Source of the DNA: an uncultured Cardiobacteriaceae bacterium
GTDB taxonomy: Bacteria; Pseudomonadota; Gammaproteobacteria; Cardiobacteriales; Cardiobacteriaceae
Direction: 5' to 3'
Length of the DNA stretch: 32,000 bases
NCBI GenBank assembly: GCA_963533935.1
Contig: CAUSQL010000002.1
Coordinates: 45,876 to 77,875, forward strand
Made by a program: the position numbers and the translations under genes. Positions 1-9,866 of this stretch are shown one piece after another. Position 1 is the first letter of the stretch. The number at the start of each line of letters is the position of its first letter. Under the pieces are notes generated by a model. That model worked only from the letters and a program-made list of their open reading frames with translations. It had not been told where the DNA came from and did no database searches.

Positions 1-99
1 GGCAATATAATTCGCAACGTTTCCGATATGACCTATTTGCATTTTAAAAATGTCTACGGACTCTATTAATCTTTACCTGCAAATTGCTTATTTAGTATT

Positions 100-606
100 A
101 TGAACAACCTTTTTGAGGCCATTCCTAGCCACTTTAATCCGTGGAAATTTGCCCAGGAGCAACGGCAATTAGATTTGTCCTTACCTTTAGAGAAAAGCCA
201 GGAACTGGTGGGTATCTACGGGAAAAACGGCCAAATTAATGCCCAATTGCGAGGATTTGTGGATTCTCAGGGCTACAGCCATCTGGCGGGCAGTCTTAGC
301 ACTGAATTGCCAGAACACTGTCAGCGTTGTCTGGAGTCAATGAATCTGGCTATCAGCCAAAACTTTGACTATGTGCTAATTCGCCACGGGGGCCAGGAAG
401 AGGCAGTGGAAGCCGAAGGTAAGGAAAGTTTTATCTGTCCAGAGGATGAACTGGATTTGGCCTGGTTTCTGGAAGAAGAAGTGCTGCTAGCAATACCTAT
501 GATTGTTAAGCATCAACAATGTGAAGCACCGCACTACGAACGGGAGGAGTTTGTCCATGAGGAAAAACCTAATCCCTTTGCGGTTTTAAAAAATTTAAAA
601 CTTTAG
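100..606 (+). CDS. yceD: YceD/DUF177 family protein (23S rRNA accumulation protein)
   Basis: 168 aa. It lies immediately upstream of rpmF, as in the conserved yceD-rpmF-plsX cluster. It has an acidic C-terminal half and a CQRC motif typical of DUF177. Confidence 0.85.
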   Translation: MNNLFEAIPSHFNPWKFAQEQRQLDLSLPLEKSQELVGIYGKNGQINAQLRGFVDSQGYSHLAGSLSTELPEHCQRCLESMNLAISQNFDYVLIRHGGQEEAVEAEGKESFICPEDELDLAWFLEEEVLLAIPMIVKHQQCEAPHYEREEFVHEEKPNPFAVLKNLKL

Positions 607-616
607 GAGTTTAATT

Positions 617-814
617 ATGGCCGTTGGTCAAGGACGTACTACCCCCTCTAAACGCGGCATGCGCCGTTCTCACGATAGATTAAGTTATTTACACCTAAGT
701 ACTGATGTTACTTCCGGTGAGCGTCATATTCGCCACCATCTCACTAAAGATGGCTACTATCGGGGCAAGCAACTAATTATTAAGAAAGCCAAAGAAGTAG
801 AAACCGAGGAATAA
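617..814 (+). CDS. rpmF: 50S ribosomal protein L32
   Basis: 65 aa. The N-terminus [20 protein letters not shown] and the later motif GYYRGK match the L32 signature. A GGAG Shine-Dalgarno (SD) sequence lies upstream. Confidence 0.95.
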   Translation: MAVGQGRTTPSKRGMRRSHDRLSYLHLSTDVTSGERHIRHHLTKDGYYRGKQLIIKKAKEVETEE

Positions 815-822
815 TCCTCCCC

Positions 823-1857
823 ATGAATGGCTCAACGACAGCAGTTATTGCCATTGATGCAATGGGCGGCGATATTGGTTTAGACACCACCATTGCCGCT
901 GCCGTTCGGGCACAAAATCAATATTCAAATTTGCGCTTTATTTTGGTTGGCGATGAGCCAGCCATTAGAGCGCACCAACTATTTGCCAATCTCGACCAGC
1001 AACGTTTTAGCATTTGCCATGCTGAGCAGGTGGTAACCATGGAAGACAAGCCAAGTAGTGTGCTGCGCCATAAACGCCAGTCTTCCCTATGGAAAGCCCT
1101 AGAGCTGGTGCGCGACAATCAGGCACAAGCCTGTGTTAGTGCAGGCAACACCGGCGCCCTGATGGCCTGTGCCTGGGCCTGCATAAAAACCATGAGCGGC
1201 ATTTCCCGGCCGGCCATCTGTGCCACGGTTCCCAGCCAATTTGGGCATGTGCACTGGTTAGACTTGGGCGCTAATGTGGACAGCGACGCGGAGCAGCTGT
1301 TGCAATTTGCCCTAATGGGTTCAGAATTGGCCAAGGCTGTCGATGGCAATGCCAATCCGCAGGTGGGCTTACTAAATATTGGTGAAGAAGAGATTAAAGG
1401 CAATGCGGTAGTAAAAAAAGCGGCCAAATTGCTGGAAGAATCTCCTTTAAATTATGTGGGCTTTGTTGAGGGTAACGATATTTTCCTAAAGCAGCACATT
1501 GATGTGGTGGTCTGCGATGGCTTTGTGGGCAATGTGGCCCTAAAAAGCACCGAAGGGGTAGCCAAATTCATTCAAAATGGCCTAAAGGAAGCCTTTAGCC
1601 ACAATATCTATTCCAAGCTGGTAGGTCTGCTGGCCCTGCCCGCATTAAAACGCTTTAAAAGTCGCATGGATCCGCGCAATTATAATGGTGCCACCCTATT
1701 GGGTCTGAAGGGCATTGTGGTTAAGAGCCACGGCAATGCGGATCCAGTTTCCTTTGCCAACGCCATTAACATTGCGCGGCTGGAGATTGCCCACGATGTT
1801 ATTCCAGCCATTCAGGAGCAGTTAGAAAAATATCAGCCCCAAGAAGAGCAACAATGA
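823..1857 (+). CDS. plsX: Phosphate acyltransferase PlsX
   Basis: 344 aa with IAIDAMGGD and [10 protein letters not shown] motifs. Position is rpmF-plsX-fabH, and the stop overlaps the fabH start (ATGA). Confidence 0.95.
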   Translation: MNGSTTAVIAIDAMGGDIGLDTTIAAAVRAQNQYSNLRFILVGDEPAIRAHQLFANLDQQRFSICHAEQVVTMEDKPSSVLRHKRQSSLWKALELVRDNQAQACVSAGNTGALMACAWACIKTMSGISRPAICATVPSQFGHVHWLDLGANVDSDAEQLLQFALMGSELAKAVDGNANPQVGLLNIGEEEIKGNAVVKKAAKLLEESPLNYVGFVEGNDIFLKQHIDVVVCDGFVGNVALKSTEGVAKFIQNGLKEAFSHNIYSKLVGLLALPALKRFKSRMDPRNYNGATLLGLKGIVVKSHGNADPVSFANAINIARLEIAHDVIPAIQEQLEKYQPQEEQQ

Positions 1858-2822
1858 CTTTCAGCAAAATTATGGGCACGGGCAGCTATTTGCCAGCGCG
1901 CATTGTAAGCAACGAAGAACTTTCCCAGACTCTAGATACTTCAGATGAATGGATTTCTAGCCGTACGGGTATTAAACAGCGGCACATTGCTGCACCCGAT
2001 GAAAGTAGCGTGGATATGGCTGAAAAGGCGGCGCGGGCAGCACTGGCCAGTGCGAATATGTCTACCACGGAGCTGGATTTAATCATTGTTGCCACTTCAA
2101 CGCCAGAACACATTTATCCCAGCGATGGCACCCAGCTACAGCAACGATTGGGCTGTCGCCCCATTCCCGCCTTTGACATGCAGGCGGCTTGCTCGGGCTT
2201 TATCTACGGTTTAGTTACCGCTGACAGTTTTATTCGCAGTGGCACCTATAAAAACGTGTTGCTGGTAGGCTGCGATTTGAACAGCCATATCATTAATTGG
2301 CAGGACCGTAATACGGCGGTGCTCTTCGGCGATGGCGCTGGGGCTGTAGTGCTGAGTGCGGCTCCAGACGCGGGTATTCTCGGTTCAGTTATTTATAGTG
2401 ATGGCCAATATAAAGAGTTACTACAGGTGCCCAGAAATATGGGCTCCGCAGAAACGCAACTGGGCCAACGGCTGCCCTATGTGGAAATGAAGGGTTCGGA
2501 GGTTTTCCGCCGCGCTGTAACGGAGTTGGGCAATCTGGTAACGGAACTTTTAGAAAAGACAAACCTGCGGGCCGAGGACTTGGATTTTCTCGTGCCCCAC
2601 CAGGCCAATGCCCGCATTATTACGGCCACGGCCAAACATCTCAATTTACCCCTGGAAAAAGTCATTCTAACCGTCTCAGAGCATGCCAATACTTCGGCGG
2701 CCTCTGTGCCCATCGCCTTGGATAGCGGCGTACGCAGCGGCAAAATCCGGAGGGGGCATAATCTCCTGTTGGAAGCCTTCGGTGCTGGATTCACCTGGGG
2801 CGGCAGTATCATTCGCTATTAA
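1854..2822 (+). CDS. fabH: 3-oxoacyl-ACP synthase III
   Basis: 322 aa. Active-site Cys in AACSGFIYG, plus HQANARI and GAGFTWGG motifs. Confidence 0.95.
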   Translation: MTFSKIMGTGSYLPARIVSNEELSQTLDTSDEWISSRTGIKQRHIAAPDESSVDMAEKAARAALASANMSTTELDLIIVATSTPEHIYPSDGTQLQQRLGCRPIPAFDMQAACSGFIYGLVTADSFIRSGTYKNVLLVGCDLNSHIINWQDRNTAVLFGDGAGAVVLSAAPDAGILGSVIYSDGQYKELLQVPRNMGSAETQLGQRLPYVEMKGSEVFRRAVTELGNLVTELLEKTNLRAEDLDFLVPHQANARIITATAKHLNLPLEKVILTVSEHANTSAASVPIALDSGVRSGKIRRGHNLLLEAFGAGFTWGGSIIRY

Positions 2823-2835
2823 TTCGGAGTTTCCC

Positions 2836-3768
2836 ATGAAAATTGCTCTAATGTTTCCCGGACAGGGTTCGCAAAGTACAGGAATGCTGGCCCAGCTAGC
2901 GGAAAAATACGGTCAGCTGCGGGAACGCTTTGCGCTGGCCTCAGAGGTTATTGGCCAGGATTTGTGGGCGATTAGCCAGGAGGAGGATAAGAGCTATCTG
3001 CTAAATCAGACCGCCATCACCCAGCCGATTCTGTTGGCCGCCGGCATGGGCTGCTATGACATTTTCCGGGCAGAAACTGGAGCCAACGGTGATTTCTTTG
3101 CCGGCCATTCCCTTGGTGAATATACGGCCCTCTGTGCGGCCGGTGCCCTCGACTATAAAAAGGCCATTGATTTAGTACACAACCGGGGACGACTAATGCA
3201 GGCGGCGGTAGGGCCAGGTGAAGGTGCCATGGCCGCCATTCTAGGCTTAGAAGATAAACAGGTAGTGGAAGTCTGTGATGAAGTCGGCAAGGACGTAAGT
3301 GCGGCGAACTTTAACAGCCCCGGTCAGGTGGTAATTGCGGGAAAAACCGCCGCGGTGGAACGGGCTATAGCCTTAGCCAAGGAAAAGGGCGCAAAGAGGG
3401 CTGTGCTGCTGCCGGTCAGTGTGCCTTCCCACTGTAGTTTGATGCGTGCAGCTAGCGCCGAACTTAGTAATTTCCTCACGCGCATTAACTGGCAAAAACC
3501 CAGTGCCCCGGTGGTTTACAACGTGGATGCCAAATTGCGGCCCAGCACGGAATCTACTGCCACCCTGCTGGGGGCACAGCTTTATCAGCCGGTACTTTGG
3601 AGCAACTGCATTGAGAGCTTGAAATCGGCCGGCGCAACCCTATTTATTGAGTTGGGACCCAATAAGGTATTAACCGGTCTAAATAAGCACATTGACAAGT
3701 CGCTTAACACCTTGGCGCTAGATAGCGTTGAGGCGGTGACCGAAGTGAAAGGGGCCCTAGGAGTTTAG
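2836..3768 (+). CDS. fabD: Malonyl-CoA-ACP transacylase
   Basis: I chose the start at MKIALMFPGQGSQ (ATG 2836, GGAG upstream) rather than the ORF-track start at 2683, which overlaps fabH. GHSLGEYTAL active-site motif is present. Confidence 0.93.
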   Translation: MKIALMFPGQGSQSTGMLAQLAEKYGQLRERFALASEVIGQDLWAISQEEDKSYLLNQTAITQPILLAAGMGCYDIFRAETGANGDFFAGHSLGEYTALCAAGALDYKKAIDLVHNRGRLMQAAVGPGEGAMAAILGLEDKQVVEVCDEVGKDVSAANFNSPGQVVIAGKTAAVERAIALAKEKGAKRAVLLPVSVPSHCSLMRAASAELSNFLTRINWQKPSAPVVYNVDAKLRPSTESTATLLGAQLYQPVLWSNCIESLKSAGATLFIELGPNKVLTGLNKHIDKSLNTLALDSVEAVTEVKGALGV

Positions 3769-3770
3769 GA

Positions 3771-4508
3771 ATGAATTTACCGGAACAAATCGTCCTCGTT
3801 ACCGGCGCCAGCCGCGGCATTGGCCGGGCCATACTCGATGGCTTCGGCGCCACCGGGGCAACGGTTATCGGCACGGCCACCAGTGAGACGGGCGCCGAAC
3901 GCATTGCCGCCCACATTAAGGAACAGGGCTGGCAAGGCACGGGCCTAATGCTGCTGGTCAATGAAGAAGCCAGCGTGGAGAACGCCATTAAAGCCATTAA
4001 TGAGCAGTTCGGCGCCGTATCCATACTGGTGAATAACGCGGGCATTACTGAAGATAATCTGCTGATGCGCATGCGGGAAGAGCAGTGGCAGCGGGTTATT
4101 GATACCAATCTGTCCAGCGTCTACCGGCTGAGCAAGGCGGTGCTACGGGACATGATGAAGGCGCGCGCCGGTCGCATTATTAACATCACGTCCGTGGTGG
4201 GGGTAATGGGCAACGCGGGCCAAACCAACTACGCGGCGGCTAAGGCGGGCCTAATCGGCTTTTCCAAGGCGCTGGCGCGGGAAGTGGGCTCGCGGGGCAT
4301 CACGGTGAACTGTGTGGCACCGGGCTTTATTCAGACGGACATGACCGATAAGCTGCCGGAGGAACAGAAACAGGCGCTCATTAGCCAGGTGCCGCTGGCG
4401 GCCCTAGGCACCGTGGCCGATGTGGCCGAGGCAGTTTTATATTTGGCGCGGGCCAAATACGTAACGGGGGAGACCTTGCACGTGAACGGCGGCATGTATA
4501 TGCTTTAG
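3771..4508 (+). CDS. fabG: 3-oxoacyl-ACP reductase
   Basis: 245 aa short-chain dehydrogenase/reductase (SDR) with a TGASRGIG NADP motif and an NYAAAKAG catalytic YxxxK motif. Confidence 0.95.
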   Translation: MNLPEQIVLVTGASRGIGRAILDGFGATGATVIGTATSETGAERIAAHIKEQGWQGTGLMLLVNEEASVENAIKAINEQFGAVSILVNNAGITEDNLLMRMREEQWQRVIDTNLSSVYRLSKAVLRDMMKARAGRIINITSVVGVMGNAGQTNYAAAKAGLIGFSKALAREVGSRGITVNCVAPGFIQTDMTDKLPEEQKQALISQVPLAALGTVADVAEAVLYLARAKYVTGETLHVNGGMYML

Positions 4509-4545
4509 AAAAACTTTTTATTTATCCAACTAGGAAAAGAAAACT

Positions 4546-4779
4546 ATGAGTAACATTCAAGAACAGGTTGTAAAGGTAATTGCCGAGCAATTGAACGTTG
4601 AACCGGAGAAGATTAAGCCAGAGTCCCACTTCATTGACGACTTGGGCGCTGACTCCCTGGATTTAGTGGAATTGGTAATGGCGCTGGAGAAGCAATTTAA
4701 CTGCGAAATTCCCGACGAAGAGGCGGAAAAAATTACCACCGTACAATCAGCCATTGACTACGTTAGTAAGCAATCTTAA
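4546..4779 (+). CDS. acpP: Acyl carrier protein
   Basis: 77 aa with the [17 protein letters not shown] phosphopantetheine attachment motif. Confidence 0.97.
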   Translation: MSNIQEQVVKVIAEQLNVEPEKIKPESHFIDDLGADSLDLVELVMALEKQFNCEIPDEEAEKITTVQSAIDYVSKQS

Positions 4780-4797
4780 TTTTAAGCCTTTGTGGTA

Positions 4798-4837
4798 AAG
4801 CGCTTCGGAACCGTTCCAGAAGCGCTTTATTTTTATG
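4798..4837 (+). terminator. Hairpin plus T-run between acpP and fabF (terminator/attenuator)
   Basis: aaagcgcttcggaac/gttccagaagcgcttt forms a long stem and is followed by atttttat. It sits where an acpP-fabF attenuating hairpin is known in E. coli. Confidence 0.65.
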
Positions 4838-4845
4838 GAGTTCCT

Positions 4846-6105
4846 ATGGATAACAGCATAAAAAAAACTCTGCCCCGGGTGGTGGTTACGGGCCTGGGCC
4901 TGGTTAGTCCCGTGGGCAGCACCGTGGCCAGCGCCTGGGCCAATTTGCTGCAGGGCGTCAGCGGCATTCGCCCCATCACTGACTACGATGCCAGCGCCAT
5001 GAGCGTGCGTTTTCGCGGTTCGGTGCTGGACTTTGACCTGGGCAAATACCTCGACCCCAAGGAAGCGCGCAAGATGGATTTGTTTATCCACTACGGCATG
5101 GCTGCGGCCATCGATGCCATTGCGGACAGCGGCCTGGACTTCAGCGATGAAACGTTGGCTGAGCGCACCGGCATTGTCATTGGCTCGGGTATTGGCGGCC
5201 TGCCGGGCATGCTGGAGGGCTATAAGGACTACCTGGACAATGGCCCGCGGCGGGTTTCCCCCTTTTACGTGCCGAAAAATATCATCAATATGATTGCCGG
5301 CAATCTCTCCATTCGGTACGGCATTCGCGGCCCGAACATGGCCGTTAGTACCGCCTGCGCCACCGGCACCCACGCCATTGCCCAGGGCTACCGGCTGATT
5401 CAGACGGGCGACGCGGATTTAATGGTCGTGGGCGGGGCGGAAATGGCCGGCAACGCCATGGGCATTATGGGTTTTGCCGCCGCCAAGGCCCTGTCCACCC
5501 GCAACGAGGCGCCGGAACTGGCCTCGCGGCCCTGGGATAGGGACCGGGACGGCTTCGTACTCGGCGACGGCGCCGGGGTTATCGTGCTGGAACGTTTGGA
5601 AAGTGCCAAGGCCCGCGGCGCCACCATTTACGGCGAGCTGGTCGGCATTGGCTGGACCTCTGACGCCTACCACATGACCGCGCCGCTGGAGGACGGTTCC
5701 GGCGCCAGCCGCTGCATGGTGCAGGCTTTGCGCGATGCGGACCTAAAGCCGGAAGACGTGGACTACATCAATGCCCACGGCACCTCCACCCCGGCCGGCG
5801 ACAAGGCGGAGACCCGGGCCATTAAGCGGGCCTTCGGCAGCCACGCCTACGACCTGAACGTCAGTTCCACCAAATCCATGACCGGCCATGCCCTCGGTGC
5901 CGCCGGCGGCCTGGAAGCCATCTTTACCCTGCTGTCCCTGCGCGACCAAATCATTCCGCCCACCATTAATCTGGATAATCCGGACGAGGAGTGCGATTTG
6001 AATTACACGGCCAAGACGGCCCAGCGCCGGCGCATTGACGTGGCCCTATCCAATTCCTTTGGCTTTGGCGGCACCAACGGCAGCCTGCTCTTCCGCCGTC
6101 TGTGA
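4846..6105 (+). CDS. fabF: 3-oxoacyl-ACP synthase II
   Basis: Start at MDNSIKKTLPRVVVTGLG (ATG 4846, GGAG upstream, after the hairpin). Motifs: STACATGTHA active-site Cys, NAHGTSTPAGD, MTGHALGAAG. Confidence 0.93.
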   Translation: MDNSIKKTLPRVVVTGLGLVSPVGSTVASAWANLLQGVSGIRPITDYDASAMSVRFRGSVLDFDLGKYLDPKEARKMDLFIHYGMAAAIDAIADSGLDFSDETLAERTGIVIGSGIGGLPGMLEGYKDYLDNGPRRVSPFYVPKNIINMIAGNLSIRYGIRGPNMAVSTACATGTHAIAQGYRLIQTGDADLMVVGGAEMAGNAMGIMGFAAAKALSTRNEAPELASRPWDRDRDGFVLGDGAGVIVLERLESAKARGATIYGELVGIGWTSDAYHMTAPLEDGSGASRCMVQALRDADLKPEDVDYINAHGTSTPAGDKAETRAIKRAFGSHAYDLNVSSTKSMTGHALGAAGGLEAIFTLLSLRDQIIPPTINLDNPDEECDLNYTAKTAQRRRIDVALSNSFGFGGTNGSLLFRRL

Positions 6106-6112
6106 GCTGCCC

Positions 6113-7243
6113 ATGAAGAAATTATTTTTCATTCTGCTGTTCTTGCTGCTGGGCGCTTCCTTTACGGGGGCGCTTTATTTTAATGACCTGTCCCGCCCGG
6201 CGGCCAAGGAAGAAATGATTGTGGTGAAGAAGGGCGACAACATCACTTCCCTAGCGAATACGCTGAAGAAGAAGGGGCTGTTGCAATACCGCTGGCCGCT
6301 ACAGCTGCACGGCTACAGCACCGGCCAGCACCGCCACATGCAGACCGGCGTTTACAAGCTGAAGGCCGGCATGAATGCGCGGGAATTGCTGGCGGACATT
6401 GCGGCGGGCAAGGTGGCCGCCTACCGCTTCACGGTGGTGGAGGGTAAGACCTACCGGGACCTGCTGAAGGCGTTGCGCGGCAATGAACATTTACGGCAAA
6501 CCCTGACCGGCAAGAGCCCGGAAGAAATCGCCCAGCTGCTGAATTTGCCGGCGAATCCCGAGGGCCTATTCCTGCCGGAAACCTACTATTTCAGTCCCAA
6601 CAGCAGCGATTTGGACCTGCTGAAGCGCATTAACGGCGACCTCAATAAATACCTGAATGAGGCCTGGGCGAAGCGGGCGCCGGGCCTGCCCTACAAAACG
6701 CCCCAGGAGGCGCTAATCATGGCGTCCATTGTGGAGAAGGAAACGGCGCTGGCGGCGGAACGGCCGCTTATCGCTGGGGTATTCGTGCGGCGGCTACAGC
6801 AGGGCATGAAGTTGCAGACTGACCCGACGGTGATTTATGGCGCCAAGGACTATCAGGGGGTAATTACCAAGAAGCACCTGCAGACGGACACGCCCTACAA
6901 CACCTACACCCGCGAGGGCCTGCCGCCCACGGCCATTGCCCTGGCGAGTAAGGCGGCCATTGATGCGGCCCTGCACCCGACGGCCGGCGACGCCCTTTAC
7001 TTTGTGGCCGACGGCAGCGGCGGCCATAAATTCTCGCGCACCTATGAGGAACACGAAGCGGCGGTGCAGAAGTACCGCCAGCTGGAGAAGCAGGCCAAGG
7101 CCACTGGCCGCCCAATGGCGAAGGCGGCAAAGGCTAGTCCGGCTGTCAGGGCGGAGCAGGTAGCGGCAACGGTTCCGGCACTTCCGAGTAGGTCTGCCAG
7201 CCCGACCGCTGACCCCAGCAATCGGGCCGTGCCGACGCCATAG
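6113..7243 (+). CDS. mltG: Endolytic murein transglycosylase MltG (YceG-like), with a low-complexity C-terminal tail
   Basis: Start at MKKLFFILLFLLLG (N-terminal TM anchor, ATG 6113). YceG motifs ASIVEKET and LQTDPTVIYG are present. The last ~55 aa are an Ala/Pro/Ser/Lys-rich extension. Confidence 0.85.
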   Translation: MKKLFFILLFLLLGASFTGALYFNDLSRPAAKEEMIVVKKGDNITSLANTLKKKGLLQYRWPLQLHGYSTGQHRHMQTGVYKLKAGMNARELLADIAAGKVAAYRFTVVEGKTYRDLLKALRGNEHLRQTLTGKSPEEIAQLLNLPANPEGLFLPETYYFSPNSSDLDLLKRINGDLNKYLNEAWAKRAPGLPYKTPQEALIMASIVEKETALAAERPLIAGVFVRRLQQGMKLQTDPTVIYGAKDYQGVITKKHLQTDTPYNTYTREGLPPTAIALASKAAIDAALHPTAGDALYFVADGSGGHKFSRTYEEHEAAVQKYRQLEKQAKATGRPMAKAAKASPAVRAEQVAATVPALPSRSASPTADPSNRAVPTP

Positions 7244-7251
7244 CCGACGCA

Positions 7252-7360
7252 TTTACCGACGGACGGGCGGTTCTTCGCTGACGCTCAGGCCTTTGGCTTC
7301 TCCTGTATGTATTTATAGCGTTAATTACATACAGGGGAAGCGCCCGTCCGTTTGTATAAA
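7252..7360. repeat. Nested-palindrome intergenic repeat R1 (core type 1, long left arm)
   Basis: tttaccgacggacgggcg + ggttcttcgctgacgctcagg module + ctgtatgtatttatagcgttaattacatacag core + gggaagcgcccgtccgtttgtataaa. Confidence 0.9.
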
Positions 7361-7544
7361 TTAAATCTTGGGCAGCTCTGACTAATGAACGATGGCGCCA
7401 TAAGTGTCCACGCGGAACGGTCGCAACTATGACTGGTGGATAATGGGCAGAGGGAGGCAACACGGCCAGCTAACGTGCCTGCAACGGGCCGGGTAAGCTG
7501 GCCGAAGCGGCCCGTAAATCAAGTTCCAGGTGTTCACCCCCTTA

Positions 7545-7678
7545 TTTACCGACGGACGGGCGGTTCTTCTCCCTTCGGTCGCTGGCTTCGCCAGTCGCTG
7601 ACGCTCAGGCCTTCGGCTTATCCTGTATGTATTTATAGCGTTAATTACATACAGCCTAAGCGCCCGTCCGTTTGTAAA
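7545..7678. repeat. Nested-palindrome intergenic repeat R2 (core type 1, extended long left arm)
   Basis: Same termini and an identical core to R1. The left arm carries an extra ~25-nt insertion containing the ctggcttcgccag hairpin. Confidence 0.9.
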
Positions 7679-7827
7679 TCATGAATTTAGCTGCCCAATA
7701 GCTGCGAACAGTGGCTTTGCATTTAAGTTCTTAACGGCGACTAGCTTGGCAGAGGGGAAGTTAATTTGGGCTCTCCGTAGTTTCGTAAATTGCTGGGGAT
7801 TTAACTGGTTTATCCGCAATAATCTGG

Positions 7828-7914
7828 TTTATACAAACGGACAGGCGCTTTACCTGTATGTAATTAGACCCTTAAATACATATAGGTAAAGCGCCCGCCC
7901 GTCTGTATATTTAA
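7828..7914. repeat. Nested-palindrome intergenic repeat R3 (core type 1, flipped loop, short arms)
   Basis: tttatacaaacggacaggcgctttacctgtatgtaattagacccttaaatacatataggtaaagcgcccgcccgtctgtatat. Confidence 0.85.
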
Positions 7915-7925
7915 TTATTTAGCAG

Positions 7926-8552
7926 CTAAAGCAGCGCCGCCACCGCCGCCGCGTTCTCCGCCAGCAGCGCTCCGGCGGCCTGCATTTCCTCCCAGGCCCG
8001 CGCCGTAGTTTCCGGTGCAATGCCGCGGCAGGCCGCCCGGTTCACAATGACGCGGAATTTCCCCGGCCGCAGCAGTTGCAGCACCGAGGTTTTCACGCAG
8101 TAATCCGTGGCCAGACCGCCCACAATCAGGGTTTTCGCCCCCTGCCATTCCAGCCATTCCAGCAGGCCCGTACTCAATTTATCATGCAGGTCGTGGTAGC
8201 AAATGCCGTAGGGGTGCAAGTCCGGCTCCATGCCCTTCCAGACGCAGAAATCATATTCCGTCGGCGCCGGCAGCCCGTCGATGAGCTTAAAGCCATAGCT
8301 GCCGACGATACCGTGGGCCACCCAGGTTAAATCCGCCTCGGGCAGGCCGGTGGCCTGCAGCATTTGCTCCGGCCGCGCGCAGAGCCAGAGGGCCTCGCGG
8401 CAGTGGGCGTCCTTGCTCATCACCCGCTTCTGCGCCAGCCGCGCCTGCGCGTTCAGTTCAGCGACAATCTGGTCGCCCTCCAGCACCGGCAGTTCCGCCG
8501 GGCAGCGGGGCGTGAAGGTGTTCTGCGCATCGACGTCGATGGCAACAATCAT
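7926..8552 (-). CDS. pncA: Isochorismatase-family cysteine hydrolase, nicotinamidase-like
   Basis: 208 aa with IDVDAQNTF, WKG...HPYG and GGLATDYCV (catalytic Cys) motifs. Its start overlaps the dsbC stop (ATGA). Confidence 0.7.
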   Translation of the reverse strand: MIVAIDVDAQNTFTPRCPAELPVLEGDQIVAELNAQARLAQKRVMSKDAHCREALWLCARPEQMLQATGLPEADLTWVAHGIVGSYGFKLIDGLPAPTEYDFCVWKGMEPDLHPYGICYHDLHDKLSTGLLEWLEWQGAKTLIVGGLATDYCVKTSVLQLLRPGKFRVIVNRAACRGIAPETTARAWEEMQAAGALLAENAAAVAALL

Positions 8553-9232
8553 TTTTTCTCCAGGGTGGCGAGCATTTGCTCCGGCTTGAGGTAGCCGCCG
8601 ATCAGTTCGCCGTCGCTGTTGAAGATGGCCGGCGTGCCGGTTACGCCCATTTGCACGCCCAGATTGTATTGGTCGCGCACCTTATCCACGGCGGTTTCGG
8701 CCAGTTCTTTACCTTCTTCCGCTTCACCCATGGCCTTTTTCTTGTCCTCGGCGGCGAAGATGGTTTCCATCTGCCGGGCATTCTTGGAATTTAAACCCTG
8801 GCGGGGGAAGGCCAGATAGCGCACGGTAATGCCCTTCTTATTCAGTTCCGGCACGTCCTTGTGCAGCAGCTGGCAGTAGTGGCAGGTGGTGTCGAAGAAG
8901 ACCGTAACCACGTGCTTTTCCTCCGCCGCCGGGTAGGTAATCATCTGGTCCTTCAGCTTTTCCACCTTGGCCATCAGCGGCTTAACGCTCAAATCCTTGG
9001 GCGTGCCGTCGGCGCCGATTTCAAAGAAGCCCCCCTGAAGGAAGTATTTGCCCTCCGGGTCGCTGTAGACGATGCCCTGGTCGCTGATGATGGTTTTCAG
9101 GCCGGCAATGGGTGAATCGCTGATTTCAATGTTTTTCGCGCCAATTTTTGTCAGATTAGCCTTGATGGCCTCGTCGTCGCCGCGGGCCGCTCCGGCCACT
9201 AGAGCCAGGGCCAGGAAAATAATTTTCTGCAT
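8549..9232 (-). CDS. dsbC: Periplasmic thiol:disulfide interchange protein DsbC/DsbG family
   Basis: 227 aa with a signal peptide, an N-terminal dimerisation region and a thioredoxin fold with a CHYC active site (FFDTTCHYCQ). Confidence 0.8.
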   Translation of the reverse strand: MQKIIFLALALVAGAARGDDEAIKANLTKIGAKNIEISDSPIAGLKTIISDQGIVYSDPEGKYFLQGGFFEIGADGTPKDLSVKPLMAKVEKLKDQMITYPAAEEKHVVTVFFDTTCHYCQLLHKDVPELNKKGITVRYLAFPRQGLNSKNARQMETIFAAEDKKKAMGEAEEGKELAETAVDKVRDQYNLGVQMGVTGTPAIFNSDGELIGGYLKPEQMLATLEKK

Positions 9233-9344
9233 TTTTTATCCTATGTGAAAAAGGGGCAATTATACGGAAGCCCCCGGCGGGAAAACCGTTCCAGAAGCAC
9301 ATTTTCTGGCCTTAATTTAGTCGGGCTAAAATGGGGCTTTTTAT

Positions 9345-9866
9345 ATGGATAAGCCAGAAAAACAATACGACGAGGAAGGCCGCGTCATTCGCGAAAACCG
9401 TTCGGAAGCCAAGCGGGAACGGGAGAAAATTAAGGCCTTCGCCCGGGAGCTGCTCCAGCTGCCCGGCCACCAGTATGAGCTGCTGCCCGTGGACGAACGC
9501 TTACGGGAAGCGCTGCTGGAAGGTAAGCGCCTCAGTGGCAACGCCCTGGCCCGCCACCTGATATTTCTCACCAAGCTGCTCGACCAGCAGGATTACCCCA
9601 CCATTGCGGCGGCCTTCCGCCACGTGAATCACCCGCGCAGTAACGATGCGGCTAAGCTGCGGCGCATTCAGCGGGAAATGGAACTGCTGCTGGCCGGCGA
9701 CCGGGACATCTTCAGCGAACTATTGCAGCGCTACCGGGACCTGGACATTCAGTACGTGCGCCAGCTGCTGCGGGAACACCACAAACAGCCGGCGGGGGCG
9801 GAGCCGAGCAAGCAGCAGCGCGCCCTGCAAAAATATCTGTCCGGCCTAATGCTGCGCCCGGAATGA
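9345..9866 (+). CDS. yjgA: Ribosome-associated protein YjgA/DarP (DUF615)
   Basis: 173 aa, highly charged. The LPxDExLREALLEGKR pattern is typical of YjgA. The stop overlaps the hemW start. Confidence 0.75.
   Translation: MDKPEKQYDEEGRVIRENRSEAKREREKIKAFARELLQLPGHQYELLPVDERLREALLEGKRLSGNALARHLIFLTKLLDQQDYPTIAAAFRHVNHPRSNDAAKLRRIQREMELLLAGDRDIFSELLQRYRDLDIQYVRQLLREHHKQPAGAEPSKQQRALQKYLSGLMLRPE

Noticed and set aside
4747-5373. Long antisense or off-frame ORFs inside GC-rich genes. Examples: 4747-5373(-), 12452-12868(-), 13022-13576(-), 15798-16370(+), 16671-17342(+), 27715-28320(-), 29839-30414(-), 6794-7252(-).
   Set aside because: They lie entirely within, and opposite or out of frame to, genes with strong family motifs. 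Their products are Arg/Ala/Gly/Pro-rich with no motifs or SD sequences. They are typical shadow ORFs of high-GC3 coding sequence.
2683-6112. N-terminally extended ORF-track starts for fabD (2683), fabF (4792), mltG (6035), and likewise gdhA (26875), PCuAC (17426) and the beta-propeller gene (16448).
   Set aside because: The extensions overlap upstream genes or terminator hairpins and add residues unlike the family. Internal ATGs with SD sequences give canonical N-termini or signal peptides.
7146-7684. ORF-track entries 7146-7463(-) and 7436-7684(+) in the mltG-pncA spacer.
   Set aside because: Both read straight through repeat copies R1 and R2 and have no SD. Their open frames result from the GC-rich palindromic arms.
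7368-7697. A 10-bp inverted repeat, ttgggcagct (7368-7377) and agctgcccaa (7688-7697), flanking R2 and the unique segment.
   Set aside because: A single 10-bp match within ~700 bp has an appreciable chance expectation (order 0.2). There is no extended similarity beyond the 10 bp.
4809-9298. A shared 15-mer, aaccgttccagaagc, at 4809-4823 (acpP-fabF hairpin) and 9284-9298 (dsbC-yjgA spacer).
   Set aside because: One exact 15-mer pair in a 32-kb window on both strands is within chance expectation. The surrounding sequences and predicted structures differ.
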